A DNA stretch of 64,000 bases from Calditrichia bacterium (GTDB lineage: Bacteria > Calditrichota > Calditrichia > JAJRVZ01), in NCBI GenBank assembly GCA_963796965.1, contig CAWCNS010000005.1, positions 1,120,001 to 1,184,000 on the forward strand, written 5' to 3'. A program made the position numbers and the translations under genes. Below the pieces are notes generated by a model. It was not told the origin of the DNA and made no database searches. It saw only the letters and a list, made by a program, of their open reading frames with translations. This document shows, in pieces, positions 23,273 to 32,956 of this stretch (its first letter is position 1; the number at the start of each line of letters is the position of its first letter).

Positions 23273-23674
23273 TCACTTCTTCATGGCAATATCTTTCAGG
23301 CTTGACTCGGATAGCATTGTATAAAAATTATAGATCTCTTCATAGCTATACGCCATCAACCAATCAAGATCACGTTCCTTTTTCAAATACTGATTAACCA
23401 AAACGGCCATCATAGTGATTTGATCAGATTTATGTTCCATAATTAACGTGTCTAACCGGGCTGAGATTTTGCTATAGTCCTCTTCCGGATATAAATAGTA
23501 TAAACGCGTTAGATGAATAAGTGTAGAAGTAACAGTACCATTATTCTCCGTTTTCAAACATATCTCATATTTACAACAGGCATGCTCAACTTCTGTCATT
23601 TCCACCTGAGCAAGTGCCATTCCTGCACTAAATATCAGCACAAGACTCAGAATTAGTAAATGATAGCTTCTCAT
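23273..23674 (-). CDS. Hypothetical secreted protein
   Basis: 133-aa ORF with signal peptide and RBS GGGAGGGG. Confidence 0.65.
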   Translation of the reverse strand: MRSYHLLILSLVLIFSAGMALAQVEMTEVEHACCKYEICLKTENNGTVTSTLIHLTRLYYLYPEEDYSKISARLDTLIMEHKSDQITMMAVLVNQYLKKERDLDWLMAYSYEEIYNFYTMLSESSLKDIAMKK

Positions 23675-23898
23675 GACACCCCTCCCTTTTTATGGTTTGT
23701 CAAATGATCATCATTTGCTTTATTAGACGCAAATTGAGAGAAAATGTTAACAAGAATTTTAAAAAAAGTGTATTTTTTTTCTTAAGGTTAGAAGTATGGA
23801 AGTTAATTAATTGGAGGTATGAATTCTCTATATGATGAAAGGGGATAAAATTTCTTAAGTATTATCGTTTATATTTGATCTGGGTCGATACAATGTTT

Positions 23899-23966
23899 TG
23901 ATAGGATAACAGGATTTCGAGGATAAATCACTATATATAATATCCTGTAAATCCTGTTATCCAATC
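23899..23966. repeat. 9-nt-period ACAGGAT inverted pair with no gene inside
   Basis: gataggataacaggatttcgaggata ... tatcctgtaaatcctgttatccaatc; a half copy lies at 14771-14797. Confidence 0.65.
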
Positions 23967-23994
23967 AACAAAACTCATTTTATATTAAATGGTT

Positions 23995-25104
23995 CTATTT
24001 TATAAGCAACATTTTACGAACATAGTTATAACTTCCAGCCTCAATTTTGTAGAAATACGTACCGCTGGGCATATCTACAGCATTGAATTCCACTTCATGC
24101 ACACCTGCATTACGGCTTTCATCAAGAATCGTACGCACTTGTTGTCCGAGACTATTAAATATTGATAGTTTTACATGTTGAGATTCTGGCAGACTAAAAG
24201 AAATTTTTGTCGTTGGATTAAATGGGTTTGGATAATTTTGGTCAAGCTGGTACTGCGCAGGAGAAGTAATCGTATGTGAAAGATCTATAGCATTTGCTCC
24301 TGAGTTGGATTTCAGTCGAGACATTCCTGCGGCGTTTGTAAAATTAGGATCGGTCTCATCGTCCTGACTTTCAATAGAAACAAGCAGTGTATTTTCTTTA
24401 CCCAACCACAGATAATTGATGCTGGAAGCTCCCCCAATTACAATTTCTTGATCCAAAAAAACGGTCTTTACCGTATCAGAACGTTCTTCCCGGATACGAA
24501 GACAATCATATTCACCAGCCGGGATTTTTACTTTTCCCCAACCATCCACCTTATTGTGCGTCACTGATTTGACGATATTCAATATACCCTCCCCGAAACT
24601 AGTCGTATCGCTTTTTGTCACTGTCCATTCATTTTCATAGTTCAAAGGGAGGGGCGTAGCACTACCTCCACCCAGATCTTGAAATGTTGTTTCAGGTGAT
24701 GTAACAAATACACCCCCTCCCAACTCAATTAATTGAGAAGGTGTTACAGATAAATACATATACATGGTTGAATGCGTCTGACCAACAGTCATAGAGGTTA
24801 TCTGGGTCATATTAGCCTCAGGATATTCCGCGAATAGTGGTGTTCCCTCAGGTACAACATATTCAAAATTATAATCAGTTCCCTCAAGTATATTTGAAGT
24901 AAAATCCCATACCTGATTGGCGCCGGATGAACCTAAATCCACAGTCACACTTCCGGTAGTATCTAATTCCACAACGCTCGATGTACCAATAATGCCTAAG
25001 ACATCTTCTGAAGAAACAGATATTTGAGCAAATAATGAATTTCCGATTGATATAATCAGTATTGAAAACACAGCAAAAAATGTTATGTTTGAATTTGCCT
25101 TCAC
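23995..25104 (-). CDS. Secreted protein with T9SS-type C-terminal sorting domain
   Basis: GTG start after AGGAGG; signal peptide; LDQNYPNPFNP...KMLLIK. Confidence 0.8.
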   Translation of the reverse strand: MKANSNITFFAVFSILIISIGNSLFAQISVSSEDVLGIIGTSSVVELDTTGSVTVDLGSSGANQVWDFTSNILEGTDYNFEYVVPEGTPLFAEYPEANMTQITSMTVGQTHSTMYMYLSVTPSQLIELGGGVFVTSPETTFQDLGGGSATPLPLNYENEWTVTKSDTTSFGEGILNIVKSVTHNKVDGWGKVKIPAGEYDCLRIREERSDTVKTVFLDQEIVIGGASSINYLWLGKENTLLVSIESQDDETDPNFTNAAGMSRLKSNSGANAIDLSHTITSPAQYQLDQNYPNPFNPTTKISFSLPESQHVKLSIFNSLGQQVRTILDESRNAGVHEVEFNAVDMPSGTYFYKIEAGSYNYVRKMLLIK

Positions 25105-25356
25105 TAGAACCTCCTTTTTAATGGCGAAAAATAGAAAAATCCACTTCTATATTTATTTAGGATAATTTAAACCTCATGCTTTTGAAAATTGGATAGATGC
25201 TTTATTGGTATTAATTCATCACCATGAGTAGATATAATATACTTTTAAGGATAGTATGAACTGAATTATTCCCAGACTTTCTCTTTTTTCGCACAATATG
25301 TTTATTTTTACAAAAAAACCAGAAAAGAGGTATGAGGTATATTGTATAGTCTGCTT

Positions 25357-26244
25357 TTAGGTTAGAACTGCTTGATGCTGAAGTTTATCTACAAAACTCG
25401 GGGGCATAATTTTATGATAAGGTATGCCCACAATATCAATATTAGCTCCTTGAGCGAGGGCTAATAACTGAAAATAATACAATACAGGAACCTCGAATTT
25501 TTTATTAAATTTTCTGGAGATCCGCAGTTGTCCAACATCGAATGAATCAAAACAAGTCGGGCAAATTAATCCAAGACAATCGGCGCCTGAAGCTTCAACT
25601 GATTCAAAAACAGTGCGGCTCATATTTAATCCCAGGTCAACCTCTTTACAAGCCTTTCCACAGCACATAAGATACTCACTGTGGTCCACGGGAATTGCCC
25701 CCGTAGCCCTAATCAACTCAGAAAGGATAGTTGGTGTCAGCGGATCTTCCACATGCATTATAGCACTGGGTTTAAGCAGATGGCATCCGTAATGGATGGC
25801 AACTTTTATATCTTCCATAGGATTAGTAATCGAGTTTTGGATTTTTGATATTCCAACGTCATCGCGTAACACAGTTACAAGATGACGAATATTCACTGAT
25901 CCTTTGAATTCTCTGTTGACTGATTTTAAATTGTTATTAATTTCTTCTTTCAATTTGGGATCATTTTTCAGATGGTGATTGACTTCGCTCAAAGTTGCCG
26001 TGCACCCGCTGCACATGGTGACCAGATCTAATCCTTTTTCTTCGGCAATCGTAATATTTCTGGCAGCTAAGGTCATCCATTTTTTTTTATCAGCAGCTTT
26101 AAAATAGATTGGATCGGGACAACAGCCCAAACGACTGTCATCAATCAACTCAATACCAAGTTTTTCCATTGAGTACCTGATGGCACTTTCCATTTGCGGG
26201 TATTTTAAAGGGATCATACATCCCCAGAATGGCATAATTTTCAT
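25357..26244 (-). CDS. hdrB: Heterodisulfide reductase subunit B-like (CCG domains)
   Basis: FWGCMIP, GCCPDP, CSGC, HYGCHLLKPS, CCG, CPTCFDSFD. Confidence 0.9.
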   Translation of the reverse strand: MKIMPFWGCMIPLKYPQMESAIRYSMEKLGIELIDDSRLGCCPDPIYFKAADKKKWMTLAARNITIAEEKGLDLVTMCSGCTATLSEVNHHLKNDPKLKEEINNNLKSVNREFKGSVNIRHLVTVLRDDVGISKIQNSITNPMEDIKVAIHYGCHLLKPSAIMHVEDPLTPTILSELIRATGAIPVDHSEYLMCCGKACKEVDLGLNMSRTVFESVEASGADCLGLICPTCFDSFDVGQLRISRKFNKKFEVPVLYYFQLLALAQGANIDIVGIPYHKIMPPSFVDKLQHQAVLT

Positions 26245-26328
26245 TTTATTACTTTCTTCATCTCTTGTTATAACTACTTCGTTAATTGTGAATAATGAAT
26301 AGGTAATTATGAACTATGGCGGATCATT

Positions 26329-26790
26329 TCACGTCTCTAATAATTTGCGGACTTCTTCCTCGCTATCCACTTTAAATTCTGGAAGGCCTAAATCCTTTCT
26401 GCGATTTCGAATCATCTCAGTTGATAAAACAGTAACACCTTTCTGTTTAACCCTCTCCACTATATTATCCAAATCCGGAGTGGGGGTACCCATTTCCCTA
26501 CTCAGATTTTTGAGAGCGATGATGACTTCAATAGGATGAACGTCCTGGGGACATCTCTCATAGCAATTATAACAATTTGTACAATTCCATATTAAAGATT
26601 CCGGACCGGTCAATTCTTCCTCGAAGCCATAAATACATTTCAATATTATTTCGCGTGGATTAAATTCCGGTAAAAATCGATGGGCCGGGCAATCACCCAC
26701 ACATGCGCCACATTGGTAGCAATAATTATGGGCAAACCCACCTAAAACCTTATTCAATTTATCGCGGAATTCATAATTTATTGTTTTCAT
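26329..26790 (-). CDS. hdrC: Heterodisulfide reductase subunit C-like (2x[4Fe-4S])
   Basis: CYQCGACVGDCP and WNCTNCYNCYERCP; directly upstream of hdrB. Confidence 0.88.
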   Translation of the reverse strand: MKTINYEFRDKLNKVLGGFAHNYCYQCGACVGDCPAHRFLPEFNPREIILKCIYGFEEELTGPESLIWNCTNCYNCYERCPQDVHPIEVIIALKNLSREMGTPTPDLDNIVERVKQKGVTVLSTEMIRNRRKDLGLPEFKVDSEEEVRKLLET

Positions 26791-26925
26791 ACGCAATTAC
26801 TTTCCGATCCGGATAAAATATTTTGTGCAGTAAATTCATAAAAAGAACCAAATTTGTTTCGAAATTGGTGTTTCTGTCCCACAGATATGCTGGCTTACTC
26901 CTATGATGTTTTTATGACACTATGC

Positions 26926-26986
26926 GGAGACGGCACGCCGTGTCCCTACTTGAACATTGAATATTCCGTGTTGAATATTGAATATT
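26926..26986. repeat. GTAG-type REP hairpin joined to a 37-bp TTGAATATT repeat
   Basis: GGAGACGGCACGCCGTGTCCCTAC then TTGAACATTGAATATTCCGTGTTGAATATTGAATATT; near-identical copies at 30438-30474 and (inverted) 55645-55681. Confidence 0.75.
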
Positions 26987-27152
26987 TTTATCCAATGGAC
27001 AATACACGGATCGCCCTTACTCTCTGCGCTTTACTCTAAACCTTCTTCTCCTCAGTGCGTCGTACACTATTACTCCCACACTCGGACAGCTGCGCTCCTG
27101 TGTAACTTTTGGTGTATATTTATCTTCATAATTATGTCCACAACGCAAACAC

Positions 27153-27653
27153 TTAAACTTCCCCGTCTCTGTCATTTACTGAATTCTCCTTTACGATTCT
27201 AAAAACACCTGTGCCATCACGGTTGTAAATGGATTGAATCACCTCTATCTCATTTCTCTCATGCTTCGATATATCTGAAATAAGATTCAATATCTCAGAC
27301 TCAATCTTTTTTAATTTCTCGCTTTTTACTTCTTTATTCTTTTTTAGACTGCTCAAAATTTTGTCGACTTTTCGTAAAATTTGTTTATGTTCTGACTTTA
27401 TTATTTTCCCATAGATTGTACCTTTAGAAGTAGACACAAAATGATCAAATACACCACTATCTTCTTCAAAGTCAAAATGCTTGAATAGGGAATGCATAAA
27501 CTCTCTCATCTGCCAAACAAATTCAATTTTCCATATTAATAAATCATCAGATTCAATCCATGACTTTAGTGCAATTTTAATATTTTCAAGATCATGATTA
27601 AGTGACTCATGTTCCGCTTCAATCTTATTAATAAAATTCGGTTTCTTTTTCAA
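27153..27653 (-). CDS. Hemerythrin-like domain protein
   Basis: EH...HFDFEE...EH...HERNE, matching the H/HxxxE/H/HxxxE pattern; RBS GGAGG. Confidence 0.65.
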   Translation of the reverse strand: MKKKPNFINKIEAEHESLNHDLENIKIALKSWIESDDLLIWKIEFVWQMREFMHSLFKHFDFEEDSGVFDHFVSTSKGTIYGKIIKSEHKQILRKVDKILSSLKKNKEVKSEKLKKIESEILNLISDISKHERNEIEVIQSIYNRDGTGVFRIVKENSVNDRDGEV

Positions 27654-27842
27654 AATATTCTGTCACCTCCCCTAAATTCTTGCCCCTCACGACCATTTAA
27701 TATATATACGAATCTCCTTTTCTTTTTGTTTAATTATAATATTTTTATCGTAAAACTTCTGATTTATTCACAATTAAAATTCTTGATTATGGGATATTCT
27801 CCGTTGGTTATTGGAGAATTTATCCGACGATATTTTTAATTC

Positions 27843-27887
27843 GGGCGGCTCACCCCATAGAACGTGTCGACTCAGGATCGCCCCTGC
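27843..27887 (-). repeat. Degenerate, interrupted REP-like hairpin
   Basis: GGGCGG...CGCCCCTGC resembles GGGCGG...CGCCCCTAC at 30480-30505, with a longer loop. Confidence 0.45.
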
Positions 27888-27896
27888 ATTTTCAAC

Positions 27897-30376
27897 CTAG
27901 ACCATCTCAACCACCGCGGGTTCTACTGCTGCAGTTCGTTTAACCCGCCGTGCCTGCTCTTTTTCCTCCTCCTTTTGTAATATTTCAATGGTTTCTTTCA
28001 CTTCTTTTTCTGTAACTTTTTCCCGCATTTCTTCAATTTCTCGCATTACCCTTCCAAATTTTTGTCCTTCGGCCGCAGATATCCATTCCAGTTGCAATCT
28101 TCCGGTCTAATACCCAGACGTTCTAACTTGTTCCATAATTTTTCAATCCGTCGTTGAGTCCAGGTAACGGCATCGATATAATGGCAATCGGCAAAGTGAC
28201 AACCTGAAACCAGAACCAGTGGTGCACCATTTTCAAAAGCATGAATAACAAATTTTTCATCAACCCCCACTGCACATAGTTCGAATCAATTGAATATTTG
28301 TAGGATATTGGATTCTTGATGTACCGGCCAAATCTCCACCGGCATAGGAACACCAGTTACAGGCAAAAGCAACAACTTTATCCATAGTATCACGTTTCAA
28401 GTATCGAGTCAATTTGAGCAATAATTTGTGCATCGGTAAAATGACGCATGGTGATTGCATCCATCGTACATTCAGCCCCACAGGTTCCACATCCGGCGCA
28501 GGCAGCCTGAATAATATTCGGATAAATTCCGAGTTTTTTATTTGATGGTTCGATGGCATGATAGGGACAAACCCGTGCACAAACACCACAAAAATTACAA
28601 ATATCCTTATCTAAATCGGCTGTAATCGCTTCGATTTTCACTTTGCCGGCATTTAAAATAATGCTGGCCTCGAGGCGGCAGCAGCACTGGCTTGTGTCAC
28701 ACTATCTTTAACATCTTTTGGTGATTCCACACAACCGGCATAAAAATTCCACGTGTTGGTGAATCAACAGGTTTTAATTTTGGATGTGATTCGAGAAGAA
28801 ATCCATCGGCACTGTTTGATAAGTGTTAATAATTGCTGCAATGGTTTCAAATCTTTGCGGGGTTCAACTCCGACACTGAAAGACAACCATATCCGCTTCA
28901 TGCACTTGAACTTTTCCATTGGTTGTATCTTCCACACTGAAATGTAGACCATTTGTCTCCGGATCTTCCCAGACATCACCCGGAATACCCCGAATATATT
29001 GAACGCCTGATTCTTTACTTCGCATATAAAGTTCTTCAAATCCTTTTCCAAAGGCGCGAATATCAATATAAAACACTTGACTCTCAACTTCCGGATAATG
29101 ATCTGCCAGAAGCAATGTATCCTTTGATCGTATTCATACAGCAAATATTACTGCAATAATTTTTACCCTGTTTTTTCTGATCGTGAACCAACACATTGAA
29201 TAAAGGCAATCTTTTTTGGCAATTTATGATCTGTTGGTCTTACAAAATGTCCTTCGGTAGGCCCTCCGGCACAAATCAGACGTTCAAATTCCATACTGGT
29301 AATAACATTTTCAAAAGAGCGATATCCAAACTCATCCATTTCGGTTGGATCATAAACATCCATTCCTGTTGCAACGATAATCGTTCCCACTTCCAAGATC
29401 GATGATCTCATCCTGCATATCAAAATCGATACAATCTTTTTCACAGGCTATCCAGACATTTTCCACAGGCAATCGGATTATTACCCAGACAATTTTCCAT
29501 ATCGATCAGATAGGCAGATGGAACAGCCTGTGGTAATTGAATATATATGGCTTTCCGTGATGATAATCCCTGTTGGTATTCATCGGGATACATGACCGGA
29601 CAATCTTTCACACAATCGCCACAGGCAGTGCAGTCATTCTCATCTACATACCGGGCTTTTTTACGAACTTTTACATTAAAATTGCCAATAAATCCGGAGA
29701 CATGTTCAACTTCGCTATAGGCTAAAAGTTTAATTCTGGGATGTCGACCGACATCCATCATTTTCGGACCAAGAATTCATATAGAGCAGTCCATGGTTGG
29801 ATAGGTTTTATCCAGCGCGGCCATGATTCCTCCAATACTGGGATCTTTTTCCACCAGATAAACCTGATGCCCGGCATCTGCAAGATCAAGTGCAGACTGA
29901 ATACCGGCCACCCCACCACCAATGACCAATGCAGCTCTGGTCACCGGTACTTCGGCTTCCAGTCTGTGGCTCCAGGTTCCGGGCTTGGGCAACGGCATTT
30001 CGAACCAAATCCTTCGCCTTTTCAGTTGCCTTTTCTTTCTCATCCTGATGTACCCAACTGCAATGTTCGCGGATATTTGCCATTTCATACAGATAAGGAT
30101 TCAATCCTGCCTCAGCCACACATTGCCTGAAATGTAGGCTCATGAATCTTTGGTGTACAGGAAGCGACAACAACACGGTTTAATTGATGTTCGCCAATCG
30201 CTTTCTTGATTTCATTTTGTCCCGGATCAGCACAGGTATACTTATTTCGGATAACAGCAACAACATCATCGAGCGTTTCAGAATATTTCGAAACAGACTC
30301 TGTATCCACAGTCCCGGCAATATTTAAACCGCAATCGCAGACAAACACACCAATGCGAAGTATCTTCTTCACTCAT
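27897..30376 (-). CDS. hdrA: HdrA-family FAD/FeS protein with Sec codon (UGA 29777-29779), probably fused to a C-terminal MvhD domain; many frameshifts
   Basis: Fragments [81 protein letters not shown], then [12 protein letters not shown]...GCHFADCHY...WISAAEG. Confidence 0.85.
29739..29756 (-). promoter_or_regulatory. Putative bacterial SECIS hairpin
   Basis: GGATGTC-GGTC-GACATCC begins 20 nt after the in-frame UGA; identical to 35803-35820. Confidence 0.75.
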
Positions 30377-30437
30377 TTTTCCCCTCCTTAAAGGGATAGT
30401 TGTTTCAGTCACAATTCTCAATCCACAATTAAATTCC

Positions 30438-30505
30438 TTGAAAATTGAATATTCCTTGTTGATTATTGAATATTCAATTGGGCGGACACATAGGTTCGCC
30501 CCTAC
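30438..30505. repeat. 37-bp TTGAATATT repeat plus GTAG-type REP hairpin
   Basis: TTGAAAATTGAATATTCCTTGTTGATTATTGAATATT then GGGCGGAC..GTTCGCCCCTAC. The REP GTAG overlaps the TAG stop of the upstream gene. Confidence 0.7.
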
Positions 30506-31642
30506 TGCAAACTGTCAGCCACAATCTCTGTCAAATCTTTTATTTGAATCGGAACCTCCTGGAATAAATTTTCATCTTTCAAGGCACATTTAAAATGTAT
30601 CTGGCATTTGGCACAACCTGTTACCAAAACATCTGCTCCGCTTGCTTTTGCCTCATTTAGACGTGTTACCTGAATTTGTTTTGAGACCTGTGAACAATTC
30701 ATCCACCCCGATACTCCACAGCAAATAGATCGCTTATGATGATGATCCATTTCAAACACTTCTACACCTGATATAGCGTCTAGAGCAACACGTGGTGCTT
30801 CATAAACATCAAGATGTCGCCCAAGCCGGCAAGGATCCTGAAATGTCACGTTTATAGACTCATGTTTTAAATTGGATTTTTTATGAGATAATACCACTTA
30901 GAAATTCACTGATATGTGTTACTTCATAATTCTGGCTTCCAAAGTACTTGGGATAATCAACTTTAAGTGTTCGGTAACATTCCGGGCAGGAGGTGATGAT
31001 TTTTCGTGCATTGGATTTTTTTATCTGCTCCAGATTAGTCAGGGCAAGTGATTCAAACGTCTTTTTATCGCCATTCCAGAATGCATCATGTCCACAACAT
31101 TTTTCATCTGCTAAAAGTTGAGGCTTGATTCCAAAATAATTTAGAATCTTTAATGTATTCCGGGCTATGCCCAATGCATTTACATCCAGATCAGAAAAAA
31201 TTACCTCAAAATAAGGTAAACATCCCATAAAATAGAGATAGTCACTATCGGCGGTAGTCTGAAAATCGCCATTTATTTCGCTAAGTCTGTTCTGTTTTAG
31301 ATCCGCGGATGTCATTATTTTTGCGATGGATTCAAGAATCCCGCCGTGAGAACATGTTCCTTCTCTATTTTCAATCCCTTTAATTTCCCGTAAGAATTGA
31401 ATTAAATCAGTATAACGGATATCAGAAGGACATACTTCATCACAGCGCATACAGGTAAGACAGGACCATAAGTCTGACATACTATAAGCATCCGGATGTG
31501 TATTATGTAAAGAGCTGGTTAAAATTTGTCTTGGTGAAAATGTATTTGAATACCGTGAAACAGGACATGTACCTGTACATTTACCACATTCCAGACAACT
31601 GAAAGCATTTGTTTCCTGGATTTTTCTTGTATCAATTTGCAT
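30502..31642 (-). CDS. HdrD/GlpC-like Fe-S oxidoreductase (2x[4Fe-4S] plus CCG domains), frameshift near 30890
   Basis: CLECGKCTGTCP, CLTCMRCDEVCP, KCCG, SCPEC, FQDPCRLGR, CCG, GCAKC. Confidence 0.85.
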
Positions 31643-31785
31643 GGTTATTTTAACCTGCTATTAATATTAATTTTCTTGAGCATTTTAATATCAATTATTT
31701 TAAATCCAGTCCAAATCCCTAATCGGGAATCCCCTATCACATATAGCAAATCTCGTATCATATATCAAAATAACGAATCGTTTTC

Positions 31786-32289
31786 TTACGATGGTGCGGC
31801 AACTTCACTAATCAAATCTGATTCCAACTTTTCTTTTTTAAATAATCCCCCACCGGCCAATGGGCTTGGACCCAGTTTTTTTACCTGTGCAACCATCTCT
31901 TTCATGACCCGGGCAAATTTTGGAAACTCGGCCGCAGAGATAAATTCCTGTCTGATACGTCCATCTTCAATTCCGAGCAGGTTGACAATCTTCTTTAATT
32001 TTTCATATTGCTCAGCCGCTTTTCTGGCTCCAAAACTGTAATGGCAATCCTCAAAGTGGCAACCGGATACCAGTACACCATCAGCCCCCATGGCAAGTGC
32101 TTTGAGTACAAATCCCGGATCAACCCGGCCCATACACATGGTACGAATAATTCTCACATTTGCAGGGTACTGTAGTCGGTTTATTCCAGCCGCATCAGCT
32201 GCCGGATAACTGCACCAGTTACAGGCGAAGACGACTATTTTGGGTTCGAATTGTTTCGTTTTGGGCATTCTTATTTCACTTTCTCCCAT
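31786..32289 (-). CDS. mvhD: MvhD-like [2Fe-2S] subunit
   Basis: [37 protein letters not shown]. Confidence 0.9.
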   Translation of the reverse strand: MGESEIRMPKTKQFEPKIVVFACNWCSYPAADAAGINRLQYPANVRIIRTMCMGRVDPGFVLKALAMGADGVLVSGCHFEDCHYSFGARKAAEQYEKLKKIVNLLGIEDGRIRQEFISAAEFPKFARVMKEMVAQVKKLGPSPLAGGGLFKKEKLESDLISEVAAPS

Positions 32290-32295
32290 AGATAA

Positions 32296-32950
32296 GGAGT
32301 AGAGTGTTGAGAGTAGAGAGTGTACAAATGATAGATTGTTTCAGTCATTTCGATTTTAGTTTCCAAACATTTGCATTTGTCATCATTATAGAAAGCATTT
32401 TACAAATATTATTATAATTACCGTATAAATCATGGCTAATCTCACCTCATTAATATACCCACAGTTTATGGCAAAATGTAGCCAGACTTCAGTTTCTGCA
32501 GCCTCTGCATCAGCATCACTCAATTTACTTATAAAATGTGGTGGGATATCTTCTTTTGCGCCAGGCTTCGGCAATATTTCCGCAAACTGACCTTGATGGA
32601 TCGTCTGATCTGATCTATCAAGGAATATTTTTCTTCTCTCGGCCAAAGTTTAGATTTTTGATAAATTTGCATTGCCGATATCAAAGGCTAATTGGTATAC
32701 CTTCAAATCAGTATAGTTTCGAGCGAGTTTTACACTTTAGTGCGATCTTGCATGATACGTTCTTTCTACTGTCCATATTCTCTGTTACTTTATTCTCATA
32801 AATCTGCACCATCCTATGCCAAACTTAGTTACGTATTATGCATATAACGTTCACTAATTCTCTCATGTCTCAACTTACGAATATCAATCAAATACCCTCA
32901 ACCCCCTACTCTCCACGCTTTACGCTCTACACTCTTCGCTCTTCTCTTCG
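32296..32950. mobile_element. Putative four-helix-bundle cassette bounded by inverted 7-nt-period repeats
   Basis: ggagtagagtgttgagagtagagag at 32296-32321; cctcaacccccta...ctctccacgctttacgctctacactcttcgctcttc at 32896-32950. Confidence 0.55.
32345..32753 (-). CDS. Four-helix-bundle protein (23S rRNA IVP / TIGR02436-like), frameshifted
   Basis: Manual translation across indels: YTDLKVYQLAF...WPREEKYSLIDQIRRS.RSVCGNIAEAWRKRRY..HFISKLSDADAEAAETEVWL.FA..CGY. Confidence 0.8.
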
Positions 32951-32956
32951 TCAGTA

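Noticed and set aside
26823..26841. Rex-like operator TTGTGCA-GTAAA-TTCATAA upstream of hdrC
   Set aside because: The spacer is 5 nt rather than 4, it has mismatches, and the background is AT-rich; too weak to call.
28257..28262. TGA TGA in the MvhD domain as possible selenocysteine
   Set aside because: It falls in the conserved GRVDE motif read out of frame after a one-base loss. It is not a Cys position, and both MvhD copies have ordinary Cys codons.
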